Shown here: one piece after another, positions 37,663 through 49,018 of the stretch
How the letters are laid out: every line of letters begins with the position of its first letter
Numbering within the stretch: position 1 is the first letter of the stretch
Assembly: GCA_963790305.1 (NCBI GenBank)
Contig: CAWBOC010000006.1
Location: 256,001 to 320,000 of the forward strand
Source: an uncultured Gemmatimonadaceae bacterium
Lineage (GTDB): Bacteria; Gemmatimonadota; Gemmatimonadetes; Gemmatimonadales; Gemmatimonadaceae
Length of the DNA stretch: 64,000 nucleotides
Direction: 5' to 3'
Made by a program: the position numbers and the translations under genes
The notes under the pieces: generated by a model
Told to the model about the DNA's origin: nothing
What the model saw: the letters and a program-made list of their open reading frames with translations, nothing else
Database searches by the model: none

Positions 37663-39756
37663 TCAGGCAGCCTCGGTTCCATCTGCCTCGCGGATAATCG
37701 TCAGAAAACGTTCGCCATATTTGTCGCGACGCGCTGGTCCTACCCCGTGAACCTCCTCGAGGGCGGTGAGCGACGCCGGACGCCTGAGCGCCATCTCGGC
37801 CAACGTGCGATCGGGAAACACGACGTACGCTGGCACCTTTTCTTCGCGAGCGATGCGGCCTCGCAGAGCCTTCAATTCGCCGAGGAGCGCGGCATCGCCC
37901 GAGCCCAGCTCGACATCGTCCACGACCGCTCGCCGCCCTGATCGCGGGGTGGCCGCCGCCACCTGAACGCCCCGCTTTCTGGTCTTTCGTGGCGCGGCCT
38001 CGAGCGTCACGTGCGTGCCCATGCAGTTGTCGCACGAGTCGCATCGGGCCCGCGCCGCGGGGTCGCCAAAATATCGGAGCACGAAGCCGCGGCGGCAACC
38101 GGGGGTGTACGCGTATTTCTGCATCGCCTCGAGCTTCGCCAGGTCGGCAGTGCGTCGCCGATCGCTTGCGCGCCAATCGATACTCCGATCGTCGAGTCGC
38201 GCGCCTGGCCGCGCGAGACGCAGTCCGCTTCCCGGCCGCTCCCACAGCACGAATTGGCGTGATTGCAGCCGGTCGAGGATCGTCCGCACGCCCTGCGGAC
38301 CACCGAATCCGGGTGGGAGCCCCTTGGGCTCGATCAGCACCCCATCGTAGAGACGATCCCCCACCACACGCCACAGTGCCCGGAGAAGGTCGCGGTCGAC
38401 GCGATCGTCGTCACCGAGCTCCCGGCGAATGCGGTCGGCGGACGCGAGCAGCCTCACGAGGATGCGCGAGCTGCTCTCGCCAGCGCTGATGATCCCGTGC
38501 TGCTCCAGCATTCGCAGCGCCGACTCGACCTCTCGTTCACGCGCGCGCCCTCCGACCAGCGCCGGCAACGCACTCGGGTCGAGCTGTACGACGCCCTTGT
38601 CATCAGCGTGGCGTCGCAGCGTTTCGTGCACCGTTTCCACGAGCTTTCGATCCGGGTAGGCCGCGTTGATGAAGAACTCGTGAGTGAACCGGTCCTGAAA
38701 CGCATGCAGAAGTACGCAGGTGGACGGCTTTCCGTCTCGACCGGCGCGCCCAGCTTCCTGATAATACGCCTCGAGTGTCCCGGGCATCGCGTGGTGAACC
38801 ACCACACGGACGTTGGGCTTGTCGATGCCCATGCCGAACGCGTTCGTCGCCACGATCGCTCGCACGCGCTCGTTCATGAATGCGTCCTGCACGTCGCGGC
38901 GATGGGAGTCATCGAGCCCCGCGTGATACCCAACCGCCCGGATCCTCGCGGACTCCAGCACGCTCGTAATGCGGTCGACGGCTCGGCGCGTGGCCGCATA
39001 GACTACCGCAAGGCCCTCGTGCTCCCGAAGCGTCTGCACGAGCGCGACATCCTTGTCGTCGTCGGTACGGGTGCGCACGACATGGTAGCTCAGGTTCGTG
39101 CGGTCGAACCCGGTGATGATCGTTTCCGGCGTGCGCAGCGCGAGCTGGGTCGCAATGTCGCGCCGAACTTCGGGCGTAGCGGTCGCGGTCAGCGCGATGG
39201 TCGGCGGGCCGCCGAGTCGGCTACGCACCTCGCGTATGCGAAGGTAGCTGGGCCGAAAATCATGTCCCCATTCGCTGATGCAATGAGACTCGTCTACGGC
39301 AAGCAGGGAGATTCCGATTGCCTTCAGCCGGTCGGCGAATCCCGGGACATCGAAGCGTTCCGGAGCGACGTACAGCATCCGCAGCTCCCCCCGCTGGGCG
39401 CGTCCCATGCGATCGGCAACCTCGCTGGAGGTGAGACTCGAGTTGATGAACGCCGCGGGAAGGCCGCGAGCCAGCAGGGCGTCCACCTGGTCCTTCATGA
39501 GGGAGATCAGCGGTGAGACGACAACGGTGAGCCCTGGAAGAACCAGCGCGGGCACCTGGTAGCACAGCGACTTTCCACCCCCCGTAGGCAGGATGACGAG
39601 CGTGTCCTTGCCCGCCAGCACCGAGCTCACCGCACGCTCCTGCCCCGGTCGGAAATCCGGGTAGCCAAAGCGCTCGCGGAGAATGGCGCGGGCGTCGTCG
39701 AGAGAGGGGGCGACTGATGTGCTCAACGTGCTCGAGGTGCTCGAGGGGAAAGACAA
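37663..39756 (-). CDS. recQ: RecQ family ATP-dependent DNA helicase with HRDC domain
   Basis: [56 protein letters not shown]. Confidence 0.93.
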   Translation of the reverse strand: MSFPSSTSSTLSTSVAPSLDDARAILRERFGYPDFRPGQERAVSSVLAGKDTLVILPTGGGKSLCYQVPALVLPGLTVVVSPLISLMKDQVDALLARGLPAAFINSSLTSSEVADRMGRAQRGELRMLYVAPERFDVPGFADRLKAIGISLLAVDESHCISEWGHDFRPSYLRIREVRSRLGGPPTIALTATATPEVRRDIATQLALRTPETIITGFDRTNLSYHVVRTRTDDDKDVALVQTLREHEGLAVVYAATRRAVDRITSVLESARIRAVGYHAGLDDSHRRDVQDAFMNERVRAIVATNAFGMGIDKPNVRVVVHHAMPGTLEAYYQEAGRAGRDGKPSTCVLLHAFQDRFTHEFFINAAYPDRKLVETVHETLRRHADDKGVVQLDPSALPALVGGRAREREVESALRMLEQHGIISAGESSSRILVRLLASADRIRRELGDDDRVDRDLLRALWRVVGDRLYDGVLIEPKGLPPGFGGPQGVRTILDRLQSRQFVLWERPGSGLRLARPGARLDDRSIDWRASDRRRTADLAKLEAMQKYAYTPGCRRGFVLRYFGDPAARARCDSCDNCMGTHVTLEAAPRKTRKRGVQVAAATPRSGRRAVVDDVELGSGDAALLGELKALRGRIAREEKVPAYVVFPDRTLAEMALRRPASLTALEEVHGVGPARRDKYGERFLTIIREADGTEAA

Positions 39757-39813
39757 CGTGCGACGTTATATGATGGCGCGAGCGCCGTGGCATCGCGATA
39801 GCGCGCCGAGGGC

Positions 39814-42325
39814 CTAGACGGCGCGGGCGAAATGGCCTCGCGTGAATGCATCGCCAACGAGGGATCGGACGGGCTCGAACCGCGGCTGGCGAGCCGCGAG
39901 GAGATCGTCGAGCATCTCGACGGTAGCCCGCGATGACCTGAGCGACCGGCTCGTTGGGGACGTTGAACACCGCGTGGAACCCTCGAATCCCAGCGTTCCA
40001 CAATCTCGACAGATACTCGCTTCCCTCGAGCGGACGTGAATGCAGCAGCCGGTTGCGGCATGCCGTGTCCGTCGCAACGGCGAAGGTGTAGCCGGCCGGG
40101 TCGGTGATCTGCACGACGGCGTGCTTCTGGACGCAGAGGTCGCGGCACGTGGTCGCAACGCGCTCGTAGGCGGCAGACAAGACACAGTGCTCGATCGTCA
40201 TCCCCTCCGGCCTGCCATACACCATCACATCGAATCCTTCCCCGTGCCACGGGGCGACGAGCATTTCCAGCTCGGCCGCCGTCAGCTCGATCGACGCAAC
40301 GACCCGTGAGGCTCCGAGCCGGAAGTACTCCGCCGCGGTGTGACTGTTGAAGCAGTTCACGGCGTAATCCGCAACCACATCGCGTCCCGCAGCGGAGAGC
40401 TCGGCGACGAGCCCAAGATGTCCAGAGAGAATGGGCACATCGAGCGCAAGCCATTTGTCGATGCCCCGGCGCTCTTCTGGACGCACAATGGTCGGCGTAC
40501 GCATCCGGAATCCGACGCCTTGTGACCGCAGCTCGTCGGCGAGCGCAAGGACGCGCGAGCGCGATGGCACGGGATGCCGCAGGAACGGGTCGAACGCGAC
40601 CTCGGTGGCGCCGGCGCGCGCTGCCTGACGAGCGTCCTCCACGCCATAGACGGTCGCGACGAGTCGGGGGGGCGAAGACCCGTTGGCCGCGGTCCGCGCA
40701 GCGACGTCGACCGTTCGGACGGCGGCCTCGATGACAGCGCGTCTCTCGGCGAGTTTCGAGGCACTCCCCCATTGACGCCGCTCGAGCAGCGACTCGACCG
40801 CGGATTGCCGCAGACGGTTGAGCTCGCTCACCGGGAGGAAGAGGCCCGGCTCGAGACCGCTGCTATCGACCGCCCCGAGAGCGAACGGGGTGGTGCCCAG
40901 GCGCCCCAGCTGGTCGCGCAGCTGCCGCTCGTCGAGAGCGCGTTGACGTGCCGGCGAGAGCTGCGTCTCGCTGCGGACCGTCACCGACTCTCCATCAGCG
41001 GTGAACACGGCGCGAAGGTGGGCGCCCGGCGATCCGAAGAGACGCACGTCCAGGCGGGAGGTGCGAGTCCCGTCTGTCTCCGCCACGGCCGTGTAGCTCG
41101 ATCGTGCACGCTCCATGAGCGCGGCGTGGGCGGTGCGCATCACTGTCCATCCCGCTGGAACGAGGGTGGAGGTTCGCATCGCCTGCCTGACGAGCCCGCC
41201 GCGCTCCCACACCGTGCGCACGTCATGCACGGCGAAGCCGACGCTGGTGCCGCGATCGGACGGCGGCGGCTCGAAGCCGAGCCCATCGCCCACGGCGACG
41301 GGCGTGGTCACGTCAACGAGCAGCTCGCCGCGCTCGCGACCCACGACGACGCCGATGCGCAGTCCGCGATTGTCGGGTTGATCGCGCGTGATGTACTCTC
41401 GGCCCGCTCGGCCGCCCAGCATTCCGCCGGTAAAGCCGCGTGAATAGATCTGCACCAGCGGCTCCATGTCCGGCTCGGATGGCGTAACCCGTTCACCGCG
41501 CGCGATGCGCGCCAGGAAATCCCGATACGTCCGGGTCACGGTCGCGACGTATTCCGGCTTCTTCTTTCGTCCTTCGATCTTGAGACAGGAAACACCGAGC
41601 TCGGCCAGCTCATCGAGATGCTCCGCGGCCGCGAGATCCTTCGCCGAGATCAGGTATCCGGTGTCGATGGTCTCGCCTGTGGTCGCGTCGGTCAGCACGT
41701 AGTCCTTTCGGCACGACTGCGCACACGATCCGCGGTTGGCGCTCCGCTCCGAGATCATCCCCGACATGAAGCACTGCCCCGAGTAGGCTATGCAGAGGGC
41801 GCCGTGGATGAACGATTCCAGCTCCAGGTCCGGAACGGCCTCGCGAATGGCGCGAATGTCATCGACGGTATTCTCTCGCGCGAGAACGACGCGGGGAACG
41901 CCCAGGGCTCGCAGGACGCGCGCGCCGCTGGCGTCGTGCACCGTCATTTGGGTCGACCCATGGAGCTCGAACCCGGGATACACACGCTGAACGAGGTGAA
42001 CCAGCCCGATGTCCTGGACGATCGCTGCGTCTACACCGCGATCGATGGCCTCGCCCAGCAGGAGGAGCGCGTCGACGAGCTCGTCCGGTTTGAGGAGCGT
42101 ATTGAGCGTGAGATAGACACGCGCGCCCCGACCGTGTGCGATGCGGCAGGCGCTCGCAAGCTCATCGAGGGTGAGCTGCGCCCCTTCATCCCGAGCATTG
42201 AACCGTTCTGCCCCGAGATAGACGGCGTCCGCGCCATTCGCGACGGCGGCGCGAACGGCCTCGAGAGAGCCGGCGGGGGCGAGAAGCTCTGGGATGCGGG
42301 GCACGGAACCCAAATCTAACGGCAT
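39814..42325 (-). CDS. U32 peptidase family protein with C-terminal extension (RlhA-like RNA hydroxylase); one frameshift near 39920
   Basis: PELLAPAG, GADAVYLG, HGSTQM, HGALCIAYSGQC..RSANRGSCAQSCR, LKIEGR; true C-terminus ...TRGHFARAV lies in the neighbouring frame. Confidence 0.85.
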
Positions 42326-42333
42326 AATGCGGA

Positions 42334-42433
42334 TGCGGATTGCGGATTGCGGATACAACAACAAAGCCCTCGGGAGGCTTCGGCTTGGCGCCGGGAGCCT
42401 CCCGAGGGTTCTATCCGCATTCCGCAATCCGCA
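42334..42433. repeat. Heptamer-arm hairpin element with inner GC-rich stem
   Basis: 22-nt arms TGCGGATTGCGGATTGCGGATA / TATCCGCATTCCGCAATCCGCA (one mismatch); inner CCCTCGGGAGGCT/AGCCTCCCGAGGG. Confidence 0.9.
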
Positions 42434-42444
42434 GTCTTAGCTCT

Positions 42445-43332
42445 TCAGGCTGCTAGATCCTTAAGTGCATCCCCCACATCCCCCTCACGCAAGCGTTTCA
42501 GCGCGCGGTCGCGCAGCTGACGAACGCGCTCACGCGTGACGCCGAGCATCTTGCCGATCTCGTCGAGCGTATGCTCGCGACCCGCTTCGAGGCCGAAATA
42601 CAACCGCAGGATCTTCGCGTCGCGGGCCGGAAGGGTGGACAGCGCGCGCGCGAGCTCCTGCGACCGGAACTGATTGAGCACCATCTCTTCCGTGTTCGGC
42701 ATTTCCTCGACGGAAAAGCGCTCGATGAGCGAGCGATCTCCATCAGCACCCAGCGGAGCGTCGAGGCGGATGTCGGCGGCGTTGAGGGAGAGCAATGCCG
42801 AAACGATCTCCTGCGAGATGCCCGTGAGCTGAGCCACTTCGTCAGGCGTAGGCTCGCGGCCCAGCTTGTCGCGCAGCAGCGCACCTGCGCGCATGACACG
42901 CGACAGATCGGCGGTGCGGTTGAGTGGCACGCGCACGGTGCGCCCCTGCCGCGCGAGCGACGACAGGATGGCCTGACGAATCCACCACACCGCGTACGAG
43001 ATGAACTTCACCCCCTGGTCGGGGTCGAACTTTCGGGCCGCGGTGAGCAGCCCGACGTTCCCCTCCCCGATCAGGTCGATGAGTGGCAGCCCGCGATTCT
43101 GATACTTCTTGGCAACGGAAACGACGAAGCGAAGGTTCCGCTTCACCAGCTCGTGCATGGCGTCCTGATCCCCTTTCCGGATGCGCCTCGCCAACTCCTT
43201 CTCTTCGGCGGCATTCAGCAGAGGGTACTTACTTGCCTCGGCAAAGTACTGGTCGAGGATGTCGCGGTCGGCCTCGCCCGGACCAATCTCAACCGGAGCG
43301 GTGCGGCGGCGACGACGTTTTGCTTCAGCCAT
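42445..43332 (-). CDS. Sigma70 family factor (RpoD/RpoS-like, lacking region 1.1)
   Basis: NLRFVVSVAKKY, DLIGEGNVGL, KFISYAVWWIRQ, TLDEIG..VTRERVRQ. Confidence 0.93.
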   Translation of the reverse strand: MAEAKRRRRRTAPVEIGPGEADRDILDQYFAEASKYPLLNAAEEKELARRIRKGDQDAMHELVKRNLRFVVSVAKKYQNRGLPLIDLIGEGNVGLLTAARKFDPDQGVKFISYAVWWIRQAILSSLARQGRTVRVPLNRTADLSRVMRAGALLRDKLGREPTPDEVAQLTGISQEIVSALLSLNAADIRLDAPLGADGDRSLIERFSVEEMPNTEEMVLNQFRSQELARALSTLPARDAKILRLYFGLEAGREHTLDEIGKMLGVTRERVRQLRDRALKRLREGDVGDALKDLAA

Positions 43333-43416
43333 GATATTGAGCCTCCCGGGTTGCGCCTCATCCCCCGCAACAAGCGAACCGCGGCGCCGAGCAACCGACG
43401 GCCGGTTAACCGCTTC

Positions 43417-43611
43417 CTATGGGCTCGAAGCGTCGTCCTTTCGGGTCTCGGTCGCGGGTGGCCGCCGGCGGACGAAGCGCAGTAGAAACGCGACCAGGAG
43501 GACGACAATACCCGCGATGCGGAAATACGAATCGTCGGTGCGATAGCCCCACGTCCACAAGATCAATCCGATTACGAACAGCGCGAGCTTGAGGCGAACC
43601 GTTGGATTCAT
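43417..43611 (-). CDS. Small two-helix membrane protein
   Basis: Two hydrophobic segments; ATGA overlap with the upstream gene. Confidence 0.65.
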   Translation of the reverse strand: MNPTVRLKLALFVIGLILWTWGYRTDDSYFRIAGIVVLLVAFLLRFVRRRPPATETRKDDASSP

Positions 43612-44378
43612 GACCCACCGCGCTTTCGCTGAAGGAAGCGCTGAACGCCCTCGCGGAACTCATCCGTCATGCGGGCGTCCGCATTTGCCTGCGCGCCATG
43701 TGCGATGCCGCTTTCGAAAGGCCTGCCCTCGAGCTCGTAGAAGAGTTTTTTCGTTCGCCGCACCGCCTCTGGCGGCGACTTGGCGATGCTCTGACAGATC
43801 TCGTCGACTCGCGCTCCGAACGTGTCGCCCGGAAGCACACGGCTGACGAGGCCGAGCTTCTCCGCTTCGCTGGCCGACACCGACCGGCCGGTGATGGAGA
43901 GATCGAACGCCTGACGTTCGCGCACGATGCGCCGCAGAATCGTCATCACCATTGCCGGCACGAATCCGATTCGCACCTCAGGGTACGCGAAGGTTGCGTC
44001 GGGGTGCGCCAGCACGAGGTCGCACGCGGTCGCGAGTCCGGCGCCGCCGGCGAGCGCGCGTCCGCGAACGGCAGCCACCACAGGAATCGGGAGCTGCCGA
44101 ATGGAGGTGAAGACGCGACCGAGCGCGCGCGCATCATCCAGTTGTGCCTCACGATCAGCGCCGATGAGCGACTCGAGGGCATCGAGATCGGCACCGGCGC
44201 AGAAGTCCTCACCATCTGCGTCAATCACGACCACGCGCGTCTGGGGCTGGGAGGCGAGTGATTCGAGAGCCTGAACGATCTCGTCGGCCATTTGCCGATC
44301 GAGAGCGTTCTTTTTCTCAGGTCGCGCCAGGGTGATGCGGCCCACGCCTTCGGAGCGCGATACCCGAACACGAGTCAC
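43608..44378 (-). CDS. Enoyl-CoA hydratase (methylglutaconyl-CoA hydratase-like)
   Basis: FCAGADL, GGAGLATACD, YPEVRIGFVPA. Confidence 0.85.
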   Translation of the reverse strand: MTRVRVSRSEGVGRITLARPEKKNALDRQMADEIVQALESLASQPQTRVVVIDADGEDFCAGADLDALESLIGADREAQLDDARALGRVFTSIRQLPIPVVAAVRGRALAGGAGLATACDLVLAHPDATFAYPEVRIGFVPAMVMTILRRIVRERQAFDLSITGRSVSASEAEKLGLVSRVLPGDTFGARVDEICQSIAKSPPEAVRRTKKLFYELEGRPFESGIAHGAQANADARMTDEFREGVQRFLQRKRGGS

Positions 44379-44731
44379 CGGCCGCTCCGCGGCAGACCGA
44401 GTCGTCGGACTTCCTCGTCGGGCACGTCGAGCACCATGCGAAGCAATGCGGTGCTGAACACCTTGCCCTGCGCATCGGTCTTGAGCGAGAGCGTACCGCC
44501 TCCGCCGAGAGCGCCGTGAAGCAGGAAATTGAGCGCATCGAGATTCGGAAGCTCGAAGCGCTCCACGCGGCCGGTGATCATGCCTCGAAAGTGCGTCGCG
44601 ACGCGCTCCGTCGTGAGCTCCCGCTCCAGAATCGGATACCACTCGCTACGCATTGCGATCACCCCGACGTTGGCGGTGTCGCCTTTGTCGCCGGAGCGGG
44701 CGTGCGCGATGTCGACGAGCTGGACCTTCAT
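44375..44731 (-). CDS. AtuA-like C-terminal small domain protein
   Basis: [27 protein letters not shown]. Confidence 0.85.
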   Translation of the reverse strand: MKVQLVDIAHARSGDKGDTANVGVIAMRSEWYPILERELTTERVATHFRGMITGRVERFELPNLDALNFLLHGALGGGGTLSLKTDAQGKVFSTALLRMVLDVPDEEVRRLGLPRSGR

Positions 44732-46093
44732 GGCGAAAACATCTCGACGTGCGTGCTGATCTCCCGCTTGTCGACCAAGGCCGGCCAATATGCAACGACC
44801 TCCTCAGTCTTCGGCCGCCCGCCGGCGAATCCGGTCACGCTTGGAGGGCCGTTGAGCACGAGCGGGGCGATCTCACGCGTGAACCGCTCGACGGTCGCAC
44901 GGTCGGAGGATCGCACGCCGACGCGAAGCTGCACCTCCGGTGCATCGCGGCCGTCTCCGGCGAGCGCACCGTGTGTCGCATTGGCACCGAGGAACTCAGT
45001 ATGGATTTCGTCGAAGCGGAGGCCCAGGCGATCCAGACGCTGACGAAGTACGCGATCGGCGACGCGAGCCTTGTCGATGGCGTCGGGCCAGACATAGACG
45101 AGAGTTCCTACGGCCTTGAACCCGGCGCGATAGGCGATCGACACTTTGAGCTTGTCGGTCGGGGCCTTACCCGAGATCCCGAACACCCTCACACGATCTG
45201 GCCCCACGTCCTCGACCTTGATGCTGGTGAAGTCCGCGATCACGTCGGGAGTGATGTACTCGTGCGGATTCCCCATTCTCGTACACGAGCTGCTCGATCA
45301 CGGTGTGCCGTGAGATACGGCCACCGGTGCCGGGGTGCTTGGTGATGTAGAACGTGCCATCGGCCTGTGCCTCGACGATCGGATATCCGACGTCCGCGAG
45401 ATCGGGAATGTTCCGCCAATCGAACAGACAGTTTCCCCCCGAGCATTGCGCACCACATTCGATGATGTGGCCGGCGATGATCCCTGCCGCCAGCCGATTC
45501 CAATCGTCGCGCTTCCAGCCGAATTCGTGCAGGAGCGGCGCCATGGTCAGCGCGGTATCGGTGGAGCGGCCCGTGATCACGACGTTGGCCTCCTGACGCA
45601 GCGCCTCCACGATGGGCCCCGCTCCGATGTACGCGTTCGCCGACAGCACGCGATCGCGAATGGTCGTGAGCGGCGCGCCCGTGTCCATGTTCGCGAGCGT
45701 CTGCCCCTTGGCGAGCAACTCATCGAGTCGAGGGAGCACATCGTCGCCGGTCACCACGCCAATGCGAATCCGGTCCGCCACGCCGTGCTTTCGAGCGGCC
45801 TCGTGAACCGCGGCGGCACTGGCGGGCGGGTTCACTCCACCGGCATTCGCGATCACCCGCACTCCACGTTCGGCAACCGCGGGAAAGACGCTTTCCATCG
45901 CGCCGACGAAGTCGCGCGCGTATCCCATCGACGGGTCGCGCTCCTTCTGCTTCTGAAGGATCGACATCGTGACTTCGGCGAGGTAGTCGAGCATGAGGTA
46001 GTCGATCGGACCACCCTCTACCTGACGGCGCGGCGCCTCGAGCCAATCCCCCCAAAACCCTTGCCCTGCCGCAACGCGCACGATTCGACTCAT
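44728..46093 (-). CDS. Acyclic terpene utilization AtuA (DUF1446) family protein; one extra base near 45277
   Basis: [46 protein letters not shown] then [12 protein letters not shown] in the next frame. Confidence 0.88.
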
Positions 46094-47706
46094 TCGTACT
46101 CACCCAGGTGCGGCGGAAGGACAAAGGGGCCGAGGTGTGGGCCAGGATTCTGGAGCCCGGCGCGCAACGCGAGCGATAGCGTGTGGCGCGTGTCTTCCGG
46201 GTAGATGATCGCATCGACGTAGCCTCGTGCCGCCGCGAATCGGGCGTCGAGCTGGTGCTCGTAGTCGGCCCGCATCTCCTCGACCGCGCTCTCGAGCTCA
46301 GGTGGCGCTTGTCCCTTTTTCTTGGCCTTTTCCAGCGCCGGCCCGTGGACCGCCTGCACCGCCGACTCACCTTCCATCACGCCCATACGTCCGGTCGGCC
46401 AGCTGAAGATGAAGTCGGGATCGAACCCCTGACCAGCCATCGCGTAGTAGCCGGCGCCCGACGCGTGATTGACGGTGAGCACCAGCTTGGGGACGCGCGC
46501 CGTGGCCATGGCTTCGACGAACCGCGCCCCCGCACGGATGATCCCTTCGTGCTCAGCCTCGGTGCCTACCATGAAGCCCGAGACATCCTGTACGAAGAGC
46601 AGCGGAATCCGCTGTCGATCACAGCGATCGATGTAATACGCGACCTTCTCGGCGCTCTCCGCGTAAATGATTCCGCCGAAGCGCGGTCGCTCGCCGGACC
46701 GTCCCTTCACCAGTCCGCGCTGATTGGCAATGATGCCGATCGCGTGTCCATCGATACGCGCATCCGCACAGATCATCTCCTTCGCGAGCGACTCCTGGAA
46801 CTCGTCGAGCGTCCCGTCGTCGGCGATCGCACGCAGCACGGCGTGCATATCGTAAGACATGCGGTGATCGCCCGGCAGAAGATCGTAGAGAGCGGACAGC
46901 TCCGATTCGCGGACCGCGGACTGCGAGCTGCGAGCTGCGAGCTGCGAACCGCGCGGGAGCCGGTCGATGAGATCCCGGATCTTTGCGCAGCACGCGGCGT
47001 CGTCAGGCACCCTGTAGTGCGCGACGGCGCTGATCTCGGTGTGGGTGCGTGCACCCCCAAGCGACTCGCCGTCCACGACCTGTCCGGTGGCGCCCTTCAC
47101 CAGGTTGGGTCCGCCGAGTCCCATGAACGAGGTGTTCTCGACCATGAGGATGACGTCGGAGAGCGCAGGGAGGTAGGCGCCGCCGGCGATGCAGGGCCCC
47201 ATCACCGCCGCGATCTGCGGCACGTGCAGATAGCGCCGCATGATCGAGTTGTAGTAGAAAATTCGACTTGCGCCGTACTGGCCGGGAAAGACACCGCCCT
47301 GATACGGCAGGTTCACACCAGCGGAGTCCACCAGGTAGATGATCGGAATGCGGCAGCGCATGGCGATCTCCTGCGCGCGCAGAATCTTCCGAATCGTTTC
47401 GGGCCACCACGATCCCGCCTTGACGGTCGCGTCGTTGGCGACGATGACCACTTCGCGACCGCTCACGGTCCCCAGCATGATGACCACGCCCGCACCAGGC
47501 GCCTGCCCGTCGTACTGGTCGTAGGCGACGAGTAATCCGATCTCAACCGAATGGGCCCCCGGATCACACAGCGCCTCGATCCGCTCGCGCGCGGTGAGCT
47601 TCCCCTGCGAATGCTGCCGCTCGATCTTGTCAGCCCCACCGCCGAGCCGCAGCCGCCCCTCGAGCTCGCGCGTCTCCTCGCTCAGCGCACGAAGCCGTGA
47701 CCTCAC
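46090..47706 (-). CDS. Acyl-CoA carboxylase carboxyltransferase (beta) subunit, MCC/GCC-like
   Basis: [48 protein letters not shown]. Confidence 0.92.
   Translation of the reverse strand: MRSRLRALSEETRELEGRLRLGGGADKIERQHSQGKLTARERIEALCDPGAHSVEIGLLVAYDQYDGQAPGAGVVIMLGTVSGREVVIVANDATVKAGSWWPETIRKILRAQEIAMRCRIPIIYLVDSAGVNLPYQGGVFPGQYGASRIFYYNSIMRRYLHVPQIAAVMGPCIAGGAYLPALSDVILMVENTSFMGLGGPNLVKGATGQVVDGESLGGARTHTEISAVAHYRVPDDAACCAKIRDLIDRLPRGSQLAARSSQSAVRESELSALYDLLPGDHRMSYDMHAVLRAIADDGTLDEFQESLAKEMICADARIDGHAIGIIANQRGLVKGRSGERPRFGGIIYAESAEKVAYYIDRCDRQRIPLLFVQDVSGFMVGTEAEHEGIIRAGARFVEAMATARVPKLVLTVNHASGAGYYAMAGQGFDPDFIFSWPTGRMGVMEGESAVQAVHGPALEKAKKKGQAPPELESAVEEMRADYEHQLDARFAAARGYVDAIIYPEDTRHTLSLALRAGLQNPGPHLGPFVLPPHLGEYE
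46909..46950. repeat. Six in-frame heptamer units in the carboxyltransferase linker
   Basis: GCGGACC-GCGGACT-(GCGAGCT)3-GCGAACC, 42 nt. Confidence 0.85.
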
Positions 47707-48131
47707 GCGCGCGTGGGCCCCGAGGAGGCTCCTTCCTTCGACGCGAACCACTCCTTGATGTAGTCGATCAAATCGGTGGTCGGTGTGCCAGGGCCGAAGA
47801 GCTTTCCCACGCCCCGTCGCTGCAGCTCCTCGATGTCCTCGCGCGGAATGATGCCTCCGCCAGTGAGCAGCACGTCCTCGCGCCCCATTTCCTCGAGGAG
47901 CTCGCGCACGCGGGGAAAGAGCGTCATGTGTGCGCCACTCAGAATCGACAGGCCAACGACATCGACATCCTCCTGCACCGCCGCCGTGGCGATCATCTCG
48001 GGCGTCTGATGCAGGCCGGTGTAGATGACCTCCATGCCCGCGTCTCGCAGCGCGGCCGCAACGACCTTCGCGCCCCGGTCGTGGCCGTCGAGGCCGGGTT
48101 TGGCGATGAGCACGCGGATCGGTCGATGCAT
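47703..48131 (-). CDS. Cobalamin-binding small subunit of an acyl-CoA mutase (IcmB-like)
   Basis: [10 protein letters not shown] (DxHxxG), [20 protein letters not shown]. Confidence 0.95.
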   Translation of the reverse strand: MHRPIRVLIAKPGLDGHDRGAKVVAAALRDAGMEVIYTGLHQTPEMIATAAVQEDVDVVGLSILSGAHMTLFPRVRELLEEMGREDVLLTGGGIIPREDIEELQRRGVGKLFGPGTPTTDLIDYIKEWFASKEGASSGPTRA

Positions 48132-48185
48132 GAAGAAGCCGTCAGAGTTCGAGGACGTGCGCGCGAGGTGGCGCACGCCGCCAAG

Positions 48186-48215
48186 AAGTTAGCGGCAGTC
48201 TCAGGAGGGCGGCAA
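48186..48215 (-). promoter_or_regulatory. Candidate internal promoter before the mutase small subunit
   Basis: TTGCCG-N18-TAACTT. Confidence 0.45.
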
Positions 48216-48229
48216 CCACACTGGCGGAG

Positions 48230-49018
48230 TTAGCCGTCCTTGCGTGCGACGAGGAGCATCTCCGAGGAACGCCGCGACAGGGGTCGATCACGCCACCCGT
48301 CGTATGCCTCGGCAACGATCAGTCCGGCATCTCGACATAGCTCGGCCAGTCGCGTCGCGGTGTAGAGCCGAATGCGGTGCTCGCGCTCCCCGGAGTCTTT
48401 CGGGCCGCGCCACGTCGATCGCACGGTCATCACGCCCGAGAGCGGGTCGAAGGAGCGCTCGTGACCGATCACCGTTCCGTTGCGGGTGGTCCACCAGTCC
48501 CGCTCGAGAAACCTGGCCATGATTCCATCGCGGCTGCCACCATGCCACACCAGCACGCCGTTCGGACGGAGCACGCGCGCGAACTCGCCGATGACGCGCG
48601 CGTCGTCGGCAGGATCGAGAAAGAATCCAAAGGATGTGAAGAGATTGATCACGGCGTCGAAGCGTCCCGTCCAGGCCACGGCCAATTGACGCATGTCCGC
48701 ACGCGTGTACTTCAGACCTGGACCAGTCCCCCGCTCGGTCGCCAGCGCGAGCAGGTCGCGCGAGAGGTCCACCCCGTGCACGTCATATCCGGCTTCCGCC
48801 AGCAGGTGCGCGTGTCGGCCCTGACCGCAGGGCACATCGAGGATTCGCGCGCCCAGCGGTAACCCCAAGACCTCAATGAGTCGCGCGATCTCGCGTCGGT
48901 CCTTCTCGAGCGAAAAGAGAGGCTCGTACTCGAGGAGGTACTGCTGATCGAAGTACGTCGCCCACCACGCCAGCCTGTCTTTCTCCGCGCTCTGACGTCC
49001 TTGCCGTTTACGAATCAG
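48230..49018 (-). CDS. Class I SAM-dependent methyltransferase (start uncertain)
   Basis: [34 protein letters not shown]. Confidence 0.88.
   Translation of the reverse strand: MIRKRQGRQSAEKDRLAWWATYFDQQYLLEYEPLFSLEKDRREIARLIEVLGLPLGARILDVPCGQGRHAHLLAEAGYDVHGVDLSRDLLALATERGTGPGLKYTRADMRQLAVAWTGRFDAVINLFTSFGFFLDPADDARVIGEFARVLRPNGVLVWHGGSRDGIMARFLERDWWTTRNGTVIGHERSFDPLSGVMTVRSTWRGPKDSGEREHRIRLYTATRLAELCRDAGLIVAEAYDGWRDRPLSRRSSEMLLVARKDG

Noticed and set aside
39719..39745. Three 9-bp units (GTGCTCAAC, GTGCTCGAG x2) at the recQ 5' end
   Set aside because: Too short to interpret; it only gives a Ser/Thr-rich N-terminal tail.
39260..42427. 1055-aa U32 protein overlapping recQ
   Set aside because: The N-terminal extra comes from the hairpin repeat and the C-terminal extra from a frameshift; the real gene is about 39814-42325.
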